A stretch of DNA of 64,000 nucleotides, taken from contig CM059431.1 of assembly GCA_030390025.1 (NCBI GenBank), positions 156,552,001 through 156,616,000 on the forward strand, given 5' to 3'. This DNA is from Squalus acanthias (taxonomy: Eukaryota). The notes beneath the pieces are model-generated. The model was given only the letters and a program-made list of their open reading frames with translations. It had not been told where the DNA came from and did no database searches. Shown here one piece after another: positions 37,135 to 49,200 of this stretch (positions are counted from its first letter, which is position 1; the number at the start of each line of letters is the position of its first letter). The position numbers and the translations under genes are program-made.

Positions 37135-40100
37135 GGTCTAAATTGTTATGGTTATAGTTTCTAAAGTCTCTGTTTTGTAACGGGGAGTGCTAGTAAACAA
37201 GGGACCTTGAGTATATCATTTAATTGTAGTGTACTTCTTGGCATTGATTTGATTTAATTTAACTTAAATTAATTAAAGGGTATGTCATGGAAGCACAGCT
37301 CGTCCCCGTGGTATGCTCCTCCTGCACTATGTGGGAAATCAGAGAGACTTGCTTTGTCCCGGACGACCATGTGTGCGGGAAGTGTATCCAACTACAGGTA
37401 CTGGCAGACCGCCTTGCAGCGCTGGAGCTGCGAATGGATACATACTGGAGCATTCACGATGCTGAGGACGTCATGGATATCACGTTTAATCAGTTGGTCA
37501 CACCGCAGGTATAGGCAGCACAGGGAGGAAGGGAATGGGTGACCGCCAGAGTGAGTAATAGGCGCAGCCAGGTTGTCCAGGGGTACACTGTGGCCATCCC
37601 CCTCTCTAAAAGATTTACCGCTTTGGATATTGTTGAGGGGGTTAGCTTAGCGGGGGAAGGCAGCAGCAGCCAACTTCCTGCTACCATGGGTGGTTCTGCA
37701 GCACAGGACGGGAGGAAAAAGAATGGGAGAGCTATAGTGATAGTGGACTCTATTGTAAGGGGAATAGATAGGCGTTTCTGCGACCGCAAACGAGACTCCA
37801 GGATGGTATGTTGCCTCCTTGGTGCAATAGTCAATGATGTCTCGGAGCGGCTGCAGGGAAATCGGAAGGGGAAGCGTAAACAGCCGGTTGTCGTGGTGCA
37901 TATAGGTAACAACGATATAGGTAAAAACCGGGATGAAGACCTAAAAGCTGAATATAGGGTTTTAGGAGGTAAATTAAAAAATAGGTCCTCAAAGGTGCCA
38001 GTGCCACGTGCTAGTCAGAGTAGAATTAGAAGGATATTTCAAATGAATACGTGGCTAGAGGAATGTTGCAAGGTGGAGGGATTCAATTTCCTGTGACATT
38101 GGAACCGGTTCTGGGGGAGGTGGGACCAGTACAAACTGGAGGGTTTACACCTGGGCAGGACCGGGACCGATGTCCGAGCGGGAGTGTTTGCTAGTACTGT
38201 TGGCGAGGTTTTGAACTAAAATGGCAGGTGTTTGGGAACCTGTGCAGGGAGACAGAGGAAAGGGAAGCAAGGATAGAAGCAAAAGAGAGGAAGGAGAAAA
38301 GCAAAAGTGGTAGTCAGAGAAATCAAGTGTGTAAATCAAACATCGCCACAGTAAATAATAATTCTAAAAGATCTAAGAGTGTTAAAAAAACAAGCCTGAA
38401 GGCTTTGTGTCTTAATGCGAGGTACATTTTTAATAAGTTGGATGAATTAGCTGCGCAAATAGATGCAAACGGATATGATATAATTGGGATTACGGAGACA
38501 GGGCTCCAAGGTGACCAAGGTGGGAATTCAACATCCAGTGGTATTCAATATTCCGGTAAGATAGGAAAAAAGGAAAATGAGGTATGATAGCATTGTTGGT
38601 TAAAGAGGAGAGTAACATAATAGTAAGGAAGGATATTAGCTCTGATGATGTGGAATCTGTATAGGGAGAGCTGAGAAATACCAAGTGGCATAAAACGTTC
38701 GTGGAAGTTGTATACAAATACCAAACAATAATGCTGTGGTTGGGGATTTCATTAAACGGGAAATTAGAGACGCGTGCAATAAGGGCACAGCAGTTATCAT
38801 GGGTGACTTTAATCTACATATAGATTGGTCGAACCAAATTAGTAACAATACTGTGGAGGAGGAATTACTAGAGTGTATACGGGATGGTTTCCTGGACCAA
38901 TATGTCGAGGAACCAACTGGAGACCAGGCCATCTTAGACTGTGTATTATGTAAAGACAAAGGATTAATTAGCAATCTTGTTGTGCGAGGCCCCTTGGGGC
39001 GGAGCGATCATAATGTGATAGAATTCTTAATTAAGATGGAGAATGAAATAGTTGACTCAGAGACTAGGGTCCTGAATTTAAATAAAGGAAACTACGATGG
39101 TATCAGGCGCGAGCTGGATAGGATGGATTGGGGAATGTTACTCAAATGGTTGAGGTGGATAGGCAATGGCAAACATTCAAAGATCCCATGGATGAACTAC
39201 AGGATTTGTTCATCCCTGTCTGGCATAAAGATAAAACAAAAAAGGTGACTCAACCGTGGCTGAAAAGGGAAATCAGGGATAGCATAAAATACAAGGAGAG
39301 GACATATAAATTGGCCCGAAAAAGCAGTAAACCTGAGGATTGGGAGCAGTTCAGGATTCAGCAAAGGAGGACAAAGGGATTAATTAAGTGGGGGAAAATA
39401 GGGTATGAGCGTAAGCTTGCAGGGAACATAAAAACTGACTCTAAAAGATTTTATAAATATGTGAAGAGAAAAAGATTGGTGAAGTCAAGCGTAGGTCCCT
39501 TGCAGTCAGAATCAGGGGAATTTATAATGGGGAACAACGAAATGGCAGACCAATTAAATACATACATTGGCACTGTCTTCAAAAAGGAGAACACACATAA
39601 CCTCCCAGAGCTGTCGGGGAACATAGGGTCTAATGAGAGGGAGGAACTGAATTAAATCTGTATTTATGGGAAATCGTGTTAGGGAAATTGACGGCATTAA
39701 AGTCCGATAAATCCCCAGGGTCTGATAATCTACATCCTAGGGCACTTAAGGAAGTGGCCCTAGAATTAATAGATATATTGCTGGTCATCTTCCAAAATTC
39801 TATAGTCTCTCGAAGAGTTCCCATGGATTGGAGCGTATCTAATGTTACACCACTGTTCAAAAAAGGTGGTAAAGATAAAACGAAGAATTATAGATCGGTT
39901 ATCCTGACATCGGTTGGGGGAAAATGCTGGAGTCCATTATAAAAGATGTACTAGCAGAGCACTTGGAAAACAGTGACTTGATTGGACAAAGTCAACATGG
40001 ATTTACAAAAGGTAAATCGTGCTTGACTAATCTACTGGAAATTTTTGAGGACGTAACTGATAGAATAGATAAGGGAGAACCACTGGATGCGGTGTATTTG

Positions 40101-41298
40101 GACTTTCAGACGGCTTTCGATAAGTTCCCGCATAAGAGATTAGAGTGTAAAGTTAAGGCACATGGGATTGGGGGCAAGGTATTGACTTGGATAGAGAACA
40201 GGTTGGCAGACAGGAAGCAAAGAGTTGGAATAAACGGGTCTTTTTCCGAGTGGCAGGCAGTGACTAATGGTGTTCGGCAGGGATCGGTCCTAGGACCCCA
40301 GCTTTTCACTATCTATATTAATGATCTAGACGAGGGAAATAGATGTAATATCTCCAAGTTTGCAGATGACACAAAGCTGGATGGGAGTGTGTGCTGCGAG
40401 GAGGATGCTGAGAATCTACAGTATGATTTGGAAAAGTTGGGTGATTTGGCAGAAGCATGGCAGATGCAGTATATTGCGGATAAATGCGAGGTTTACCACT
40501 TTGGTGGCAAAAACAGAAAGGCAGATTATTATCTGAACCGCAATAGATTGGGAGAAGGGGAAGTGCAACGAGACCTGGGAGTCCTTGTGCACCAGTCGCT
40601 GAAGGTAAGCATGCAGGTACGGCAGGCGATTAAGAAGGCAAATGGCATGTTGGCCTTCGTAGCGAGAGGGTTTGAGTACAGGAACAAGGATGTCTTGCTG
40701 CAGTTGTACAGGGCCTTCGTGAGACATCACCTTGAGTATTGTGTGCAGGTTTGGTCGCCTTATCTGAGGAAGGATGTTCTTGCCATGGAGGGTGTGCAGC
40801 GAAGATTCACCAGACTGATACCTGGGATGGCAGGAATGACGCACGAGGAGAGATTGGGTCGACTGGGTTGAAACTCGCTGGAGTTTAGAAGAATGAGAGG
40901 AGATCTCATTGAAACTTATAAAATTCTAACAGGACTAGACAGACTAGCTGCAGGAAGGCTGTTCCCGATGACGGGTGAGTCCAGAACAAGAGGTCACAGT
41001 CTAAAGATAAGTGTTAAGTCATTTAGGACTGACATGAGGAGGAATTTCTTCACCCAGAGAGTGGTGAACATATGGAATTCTCTACCACAGAAGGCAGTTG
41101 AGGCCAAGTGAGTAAATATATTCAAGAAGGAGTTAGATATATTTCTTAAGGCTAAAGTTATCAAGGGATATGGGGAGAAGGCAGGGACAGAGTACTGAGT
41201 TTGCATGATCAGCAATGATCTCATCGAATGGCGGAGCAGGCTCGAAGGGTGGAATGGCGTACTCCTGCTCCTATCTTCTATGTTTCTATGTTTCTATG
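37135..41298 (+). mobile_element. Nearly full-length but multiply disrupted CR1 (partial 5'UTR, ORF1, ORF2, tail)
   Basis: ORF1 CSSCTMWE..VCGKC plus esterase (37287 to ~38218); ORF2 fragments 38228-41111; (TTTCTATG)n tail ending 41298. Confidence 0.93.
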
Positions 41299-42204
41299 AG
41301 TGTCAGAGTATCCTGGGCTATACAGAATGTAAGACTAAACTGGGCTATTCAGAGTGTCACTGTACCCTGCGTTATACAGAGTATCAGGGTAACCAGGGCT
41401 ATATAGAGCGTCAGAGAACCCTGTTCTATTCAGAATGTAAGAGTAAACTGGGCTATACAGAGTGTCAGAGAACTCAGGTCTATGCAGAGGTTCAGATTAC
41501 CATGGACTACAGAGAATGTGAGAGAACCCTGGGCTACAAAGATTGTCGAAGTACCCTGAGCTATAGAGTGTGTCAGAGTACCCAGGGCTATACTGAAGTT
41601 CAGGGTACCCTAGGCTATACAGAGTGTCAGAGCACCCTGGGTTATAGAGAGCGTCAAAGTACCCAATGGCTATACAGAGTGTCAGAGGACCATGGGCTGT
41701 ACATAGTCTCCGAGTACACTGGGCTCTACATAGTGTCAGAGTACACTAGGCTGCACCGAATGTCAGTGTACCCTAGGCTATACAGAGTGTCAGATTAATC
41801 CGGGCTAAAGAGAGGTTCAGGGTATCCTGGGCTACAAAGAGTGTCATGGCACCATGGGCTGTACATAGGGTCCGAATACCCTGGGTTATAAATAGTGTCA
41901 GTGTACGCTGGGCTATAAAGAATATCAGTGTAACTTGGGCTATACAAAGTGTCAAAGTAAACTGGTCTATACAGGGGTTCAGAGTACCCTGGGCTATACA
42001 GAGGGTCCGAGCACCCTGGGCTATAAAGACTGTCAAAGTGCGTTGGGCTACGCAGCATGTCAGAAGAACCAGGGCTATACAGAATATCAGTGTACCCTGG
42101 GCAAAACAGAGTGTCAGAGTATCCTGGGCTATACAGAGGCTCAGATTACCCTCGGCTATACAAAGTGTCAGAGCACCATGGGATACACAGAGTATCAGAG
42201 TATT

Positions 42205-44772
42205 CAAAGATGAGTTCATTGAGTGTATTAGGGATGGCGTTGTTGAACAGTATTTAACTGAACCGACCAGGGGGCAATCAACCTTTTATCTGGTCCTGTG
42301 TAACGAGACATGATTAATTAAAAATGTCCTAGTAAAGGATCCCCTTGGAATGAGTGACCATAACATGGTTGAATTCCATATTCAATTAGAGGGTGAGAAG
42401 GTTGGATCTCAAACAAGCGTGTTAAGCTGGAATAAAGGAGTCTATGAAGGTATGCAAGCAGAATTGAGTAGAGTGGATCGGGAAATAGATTAAAGGGTAA
42501 GACGATACATGATCAGTGGTGTACATTTAATGAGTTATTTTACAACTTCCAAAAAAAAATATTCCACTGAGAAGAAAAGAGTGTAAAAGAAAAGACAGTC
42601 ATCCGTGGCTAAGTAAAGAAATTAATGATAGTATTCGACTAAAAACAAGGTCATATAAGGTTGTCAAATCTAGTGGGAGGATAGAGGATTGGGAAAACTT
42701 TAAAAAACAGCAAAAAATAAGAAAAAGATGGATTAAGAAAGGGAAGATAGATTATGAAAGTAAATTATCAAGAAATATTAAAATAGATAGTAAGAGTTTT
42801 TATCGTTATATAAAAAGAAAAAGGGTGGCTAACGTAAATGTTGTTCCATTAGAGGATGAGTCCCGGAAATTAATGGTGGGAAATATGGAGATGGCAAAAA
42901 CACTGAATGAATATTTTGTATCAGTCTTTACAGTAGAGGACACTAAGAATATCCCAACACTGGACAAACAGTGGGCTATAGGGATGGAGGAGCTAAACAC
43001 GATCAAAATCACTAAGGAAGTGGTACTCGGTAAAATAAAGGGTCTCAAGGCGAATAAATCACCTGGACCTGATGGCTTACATCCTAGGGTCTTGAGGGAA
43101 GTGACGGTAGGGATTGTGGATGCATTGGTAATAATTGTCCAATACTCCCTGGACTCAGCAAAGATCCCGGTAGACTGAAAAAACTGCTAATGTAACACTC
43201 TTCTTTAAAAAGGGCAGTACAGAGAAGGCTGGAATCTATAGACCGGTTAGCCTAACATCTGTGGTAGGTAAAATTTTGGAGTCCATTATTAAGGAGACAG
43301 TAACGGGACATTTGGGTAATCATAATTTAATAGGACAAATTCAGCACGGCTTTATGAAGGGAAAGTCATGTTTGACAAATTTGCTGGAGTTCTTTGAGGG
43401 AGTAACATACAGGGTGGATAAAGGGGAACCAGTGGATGTAGTGTATTTAGACTTCCAAAAGGCATTTGACAAGTTGCCACACAAAAGATTATTGCTTAAG
43501 ATACAAATTCACGGGATTGGGGATAATATTCTGGCATGGATAGATGATTGGCTATCTAACAGTTTGCAGAGAGTTGGGATAAATGGTTCATTCTCAGACT
43601 GGCAATCACTAACTAGTGGTGTTCCGCAAGGGTCAGTGCAGGGTCTCCAATTCTTTACAATCTATATTAACGATTTGGAGGAGGGCACCGAGTGTAACAT
43701 ATCAAAGTTTGCAGATGATACTGAGATGGGAGGGAAAGTAGTGAGTGAGGAGGACATAAAAAATCTGCAAGGGAACTTAGACATGCTAAGTAAGTGGGCA
43801 GAGATTTGGCAGATGGAATACAATACTGGAAAGTGTGAGGTTATGCACTTTGGCAGGGAAAATAGTAGAGCAAGATATTATCTAAATGGCAAGAAACTGG
43901 AAAGTACTGAAGTACAAAGGGATCTGGGGGTCCTCGTGCACGAAACTCAAAAGGTTAGTATGCAGGTGCAGCAAGTGATTAAGAAGGCCAATGGAATGCT
44001 GGCTTTCATTGCTAGAGGGATAGAATATAAAAAAGGGAGGCATTGCTTCAGTTGTACAATGTATTGGTGAGACCGCACCTGGAATACTCCATTCAGTTTT
44101 GGGATCCATACTTAAGAAAATACATACTTGCTCTCGAGTCAGTACAAAGAAGGTTCACTCGGTTAATCCCGGGGATGAGGGGATGGACATATGAGGAGAG
44201 GTTGGGTAGATTTGGACTCTACTCATGGGAGTTCAGAAGAATGAGAGGCGATCTTATTGAACATATAAGATAGTGAAATGGTTGGATCTGGTGGATGCGG
44301 GGAGGATGCTCCCGATGATTGGTGAAACTAGAACTAGGGGGCATACTCTTAGAATAAGGGGCTGCTCTTTCAAAACTGACATGAGGAGAAATTACTTCAC
44401 TCAGAGGGTGGTAGGTCCATGGAATATGCTGCCCCAAAAAGCTGTAGAAGCTACATCATTACATAAATTTAAAACAGAAATAGACAGTTTCCTAGAAGTA
44501 AAGGGAATTAAGGGTTACTGGGAGCGGGCAGTAATTTGGACATGAGTTTAGATTCGGATCGGTCATGGCCCTGTGGGTAGCGTAGCGGGCCCAGGGGCCG
44601 TGTAGCCTGATCCTGCTCCTATTTCGTGTGTCCAATTATGTTATATTCAGGAGATGGCTCTGTGATAGTAGATTGGCGGTTAGGATGAGATCAGCCATGA
44701 TATTATTGAATGGCGGAGCAGGCTCGAGGGGCCAATTGGTCTAATCCTGCTTCTATTTCTAATCATCTTGTG
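42205..44772 (+). mobile_element. 5'-truncated CR1 of a distinct subfamily with doubled 3' tail
   Basis: RT ORFs 42825, 43261, 44043 and 44273; two successive tail stem-loops at ~44550-44640 and ~44680-44772. Confidence 0.9.
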
Positions 44773-45385
44773 CTATTATTACCCTGGGCTATAGAGAGTG
44801 TCAGAGTAACCTGAGCTATACAGTGCGTCAGAGTACCCGTGGCTGCACGGAATGTCAGAGTAATCTGGGCTAAAAAGAGTGTCAGATTTCCCAAGGGCTG
44901 TACAGAGGGTGAGAGCTCCCTGGGCTATACAGAGGTTCAGAGTACCCTGGTCTACACAGAATGCCAGTGTACCCTGGGCAATACAGAGAGCCAGGTTAAC
45001 CTGGACTAAAGAGAGGTTGAGGGTACCCTGGGTTACAAAGAGTTGTCAGAGCACCATGGGCTGTACATTGGGTCCGAGTTCCCTGGGCTATACATATTGT
45101 CAGATTAACCTGGACTAAAGAGAGGTTCAGGGTACTCTGGGCTCTGCAGAGTGTCAGATTAACCTGGACTAAAGAGAGGTTTAGGGTAACCTGGGCTACA
45201 AAGAGGAGTCAGAGCACCATGGGCTGCACATTGGGTCCAAGTACCCTGTGCTATACATAATGTCAGAATACCCTGGGCTATATAGAATGTCAGTGTACCT
45301 TGGGCTGTACAGAGTGTCAAAGTAAACTGGGCTATACAGGGCCTCAGAGTATCATGAACTATACAGAAGGTCAGATTATCCTGGG

Positions 45386-46285
45386 ATAGAAACATAGCAA
45401 CGTAGAAGATAGGAGCAGGAGTCGGCCATTCGGCCCCTCGAGTCTGCTCCGCCATTTAGTAAGATCATGGCTGATTATCCAAATTCAGTACCCTGTCCCT
45501 GCTTTCTCCCCATATCCCTTGATCCCTTCAGCCTTAAGAAATATATCTAACTCCTTCTTGAATATAATTAATTAATTGGCCTCAACTGCCTTCTGTGGTA
45601 GAGAATTCCACAGGTTCACCACTCTCTGGGTGAAGAAAATCCTCCTCAACTCAATCGTAAATGGCTTACCCCTTATCCTCAGACTGTGACCCCTTGTTCT
45701 GGACTCCCCCGCCATCGGGAACATCCTTCCTGCATCTAGTCTGTCTAGTTCCTCTAGAATATTATAAGTTTCAATGAGATCCCCTCTCATTCTTCTAAAC
45801 TCTAGCGAATACAAGCCCAATCGTCCCGATCTGTCTCCATCCGTCATTCCTGCAATCCCATGTATCAGTCTGGTGAATCTTCGCTGCACTCCCTCCATGG
45901 CAAGAACATGCTTCCTCTGATAAGGCGACCAAAACTGCATACAATACTTAAGGTGTGGTCTCACCAAGGCCCTGTAAAACTGCGGCAAGACATTGTTGCT
46001 CCTGTACTCGAATCCTCTCGCTATGAAGGCCAACATACCATTTGCCTTCTCAACCGCCTGCTGAACCTGCATGCTTACCTTCAACGACTGGTGCACAAGG
46101 ACTCCCAGGTCTCGTTGCACTTCCCCTTTTACCAATCTATTGCCGTTCAGATAATAATCTGCCTTCCTGTTTTTGCCACCAAAGTGAATTACCTCGCATG
46201 TATCCACATTATACTGCATCTGCCATGCATCTGCCCAATCACCCAACTTGTCCAAATCATACTGGACTTTCTCTGCATCTTGTTT
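45386..46285 (-). mobile_element. 5'-truncated CR1, minus strand, inside the satellite
   Basis: RT C-terminus in ORF 45572-46450(-); reversed tail ATAGAAACATAG at 45386. Confidence 0.92.
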
Positions 46286-49200
46286 ACAGAGAATATACAG
46301 AGTGTCAGAGTCTCCTGGGCTACATAGAGTGTCAGTGTACCCTGGGCTATACAGAGGGTCAGAGTACACTGGGCTACACAGAGTGTCAGAGTACCCTTGG
46401 CTACATAGAGTGTCAGTGTACCCTGGGCTATACAGTGGGTCAGAGTACACTGGGCGACACAGAGAGTCAGAGAACCCTTGTCTACAAAGAGTCTCAGAGT
46501 ACCTGGGCTACACAGAGTGTCTGAATACCATGGGCTACACAAAGCGTCAGATTAGCCTGTGATATACAGAGTGTCAGAGCACCCTGCGCTTTAGAGAGTG
46601 TCAGAGTACCCTGGACTATACAGAGTGTCAGTGTACCCTGGCCTGCACAGAGTGTCAGAGCAACCTGAGCTTTAGAGCGTGTCAGAGTACCCTGGACTAT
46701 ACACAGTGTCAGAGTACCCGGGCCTACACAGAGTGTCAGAGTACCCTGAGCTTTAGAGAGTGTCAGAGTACCCTGGACTATACAGTGTCAGAGTACCCTG
46801 GCCTACACAGAAAGTCAGAGCACCCTGCGCTTTACAGAGTTTCAGAGTACCCTGGCCTACACAGAGTGTCAGAGCACCCTGAGCTTTAGAGAGTGTCAGA
46901 GTACCCTGGCCTACACAGAGTGTCAGAGCACTATGGTCTATACAGAATATCAGAGTATCCTGGGCTGCAGAGAATGTCAGTGTACCAAGGGCTATACAGA
47001 GTGTCAGATTAACCTGGACTAAAGAGATGTTCAGGATACCCTGGGCTATAAAGAGTTGTCACAGCACCATGGGCTGTACATTGGGTCCAAGTACCCTGTG
47101 CTTTACGTAGTTTCCGAGTACACTGTGCTATATACAATGCCAGTGTAACTTGGGCTATACACAGTGTGAAAGTAAACTGGGCTATACAGAGGTTCATAGT
47201 TCCCTGGGCAACACATAGGGTCATAGTTCACTGGGATATACAGAGTGTTACAGTACCTGGGCTACACAGAGTGTCAGAATAACATGGGCTACAAAGAGAG
47301 TCAGATAAACCTGTGCTGTACAGAGTGTCAGTGTACCCTAGCCTACACAGAGGGTCAGAGCACCCTGGTCTATAGAGAGTGTCAGAGTACCCTGGGCTTT
47401 ACAGAGCTTCAGAATACCCTGGGCTATACAAATTTTCAGATTATCCTGGACTAAACAGCGTGTCAGAGGACCCTGGTCGACACAGAGTGTCTAGAGCACG
47501 CTGGGCTATAGAGAGTGTCCAAGTAACCTGGGCTATAGAGAGCGTCAGAGTACCCTTGGTTACACAGAATGTTAAGTACCCTGGGATAAACAGAGTGTCA
47601 GAGTATTCTGGGATAAATAGAGTGTCAGATTACCCTGGGCTATACAGAGGGTGAGAGCACCCTGGGCTTTACAGTATGTCAGCGCACACATGGGCTTTAA
47701 AAGTTTTCAGAGTAGCTTGGGCAACACAAAATGTCAGTGTACTCTGGGCTATACAGATTGTCAGAATAACCTAGGCTTTGCAGTGGGTCAGAGCACCATG
47801 GGCTGTACATAGTGTCCGAATAACCTGGGCTATACATAGTGTCAGAGTACCCTTGACTACACAGAATGTAATTCTACCCTGGGCTACACAGAATGTCTTT
47901 CTACCCTGGGCTGTACAGAGTGTCAGATTAACCTGGACTAAAGAGTGGTTCAGGGTACCCTGGGCTACAAAGAGCTATCAGAGAACCATGGGCTGTACAT
48001 AGGGTCCGAGTACCCTGTACTATAGATAGTGTCAGACATCCCTGGGCTATATAGAATATCAATGTACCTTGGGCTATGCAGAATGTCAAATAAACTGTGC
48101 TGTACAGGGCTTCAGAGAATCCTGAGCTATACAAACTGTCAGAGTACTCTGGGCTAGGCAGAGTGTAAGTGTACCGTGGGCTACAAAGTGTTTCAGAGTA
48201 CCCTGGGCTATACAGAGTGTCAGAGTACCCTCGGCTACACAGAGGGTCAGAGTACCCTGGGCTACACAGCGTATCAGAGTAGCCTGGGCTACACCGAATG
48301 TCAGTTTACCCTGGGTTACACAGAGTGACAGAACACACTGGGCTATAGAGAATGTCAGTGTACCCTGTGCTATACAGAGGGTCAGAGTACTCTGCGCTAT
48401 ACAGATTTTCAGAGTAACCTGGGTATATAGAGCGTCAGAGTACCCTGGTCTATTCAGAAAACCAGAGTAAACTAGGCTATACAGATTGTCAGAGAACCCT
48501 CGGCTACACAGCGTATCAGAGTACCATGGGCTATACAGAATGTGAGAGAAAACTGGGCAAAACAGAATTTCGAATCATCCTGGGCTATACAATGGGTCAG
48601 AGTACCCTGGGCTATAAAGATTGTCAGAGCAGACTGGGCTATACCGAGGGTCAGTGTACCTGGGCTACAAAGAGTGTCAGATGACCATGGCTGTACATAT
48701 ATTCCGAGTACACTGGGCTGTACATAGTGTCAGAGTACCGTGTGCTACACCGAACGTCAGTGTACCCTGGGCTATAAAGAGAGACAGATTAACCTAGACT
48801 AAAGTGAGGTTCAGGGTACTCTGGTCTGAAAAGAGTGTCTGAGCACCATGGGCTGTACATAGGGTCCGAATACCCAAGGCTATACATAGTGTCAGAGTAC
48901 CCTGGGCTATATAGAATGTCAGTGTACCTTGGACTATACAGAGTGTCAAAGTAAACTGGGCTATACAGGGGTTCAAAGTACCCTGGGCTATACAGAGGGT
49001 CAGAACAACCTGGGCTATAGAGAGTCTCAGAGTACCCTCGGCTACACAGAGGGTCAGAGTACCCTAGGCTAATCAGAGTGTCAGAGCGCCTTGGGCTACA
49101 CAGAATTAAAGTGTGCCCTGGGATACAAAGAGTGTCAAAGTAACCTGGGATACACAGAGTTACAGAGCACACTGGGCTATAGATAGTGTCAATTTGCCCT

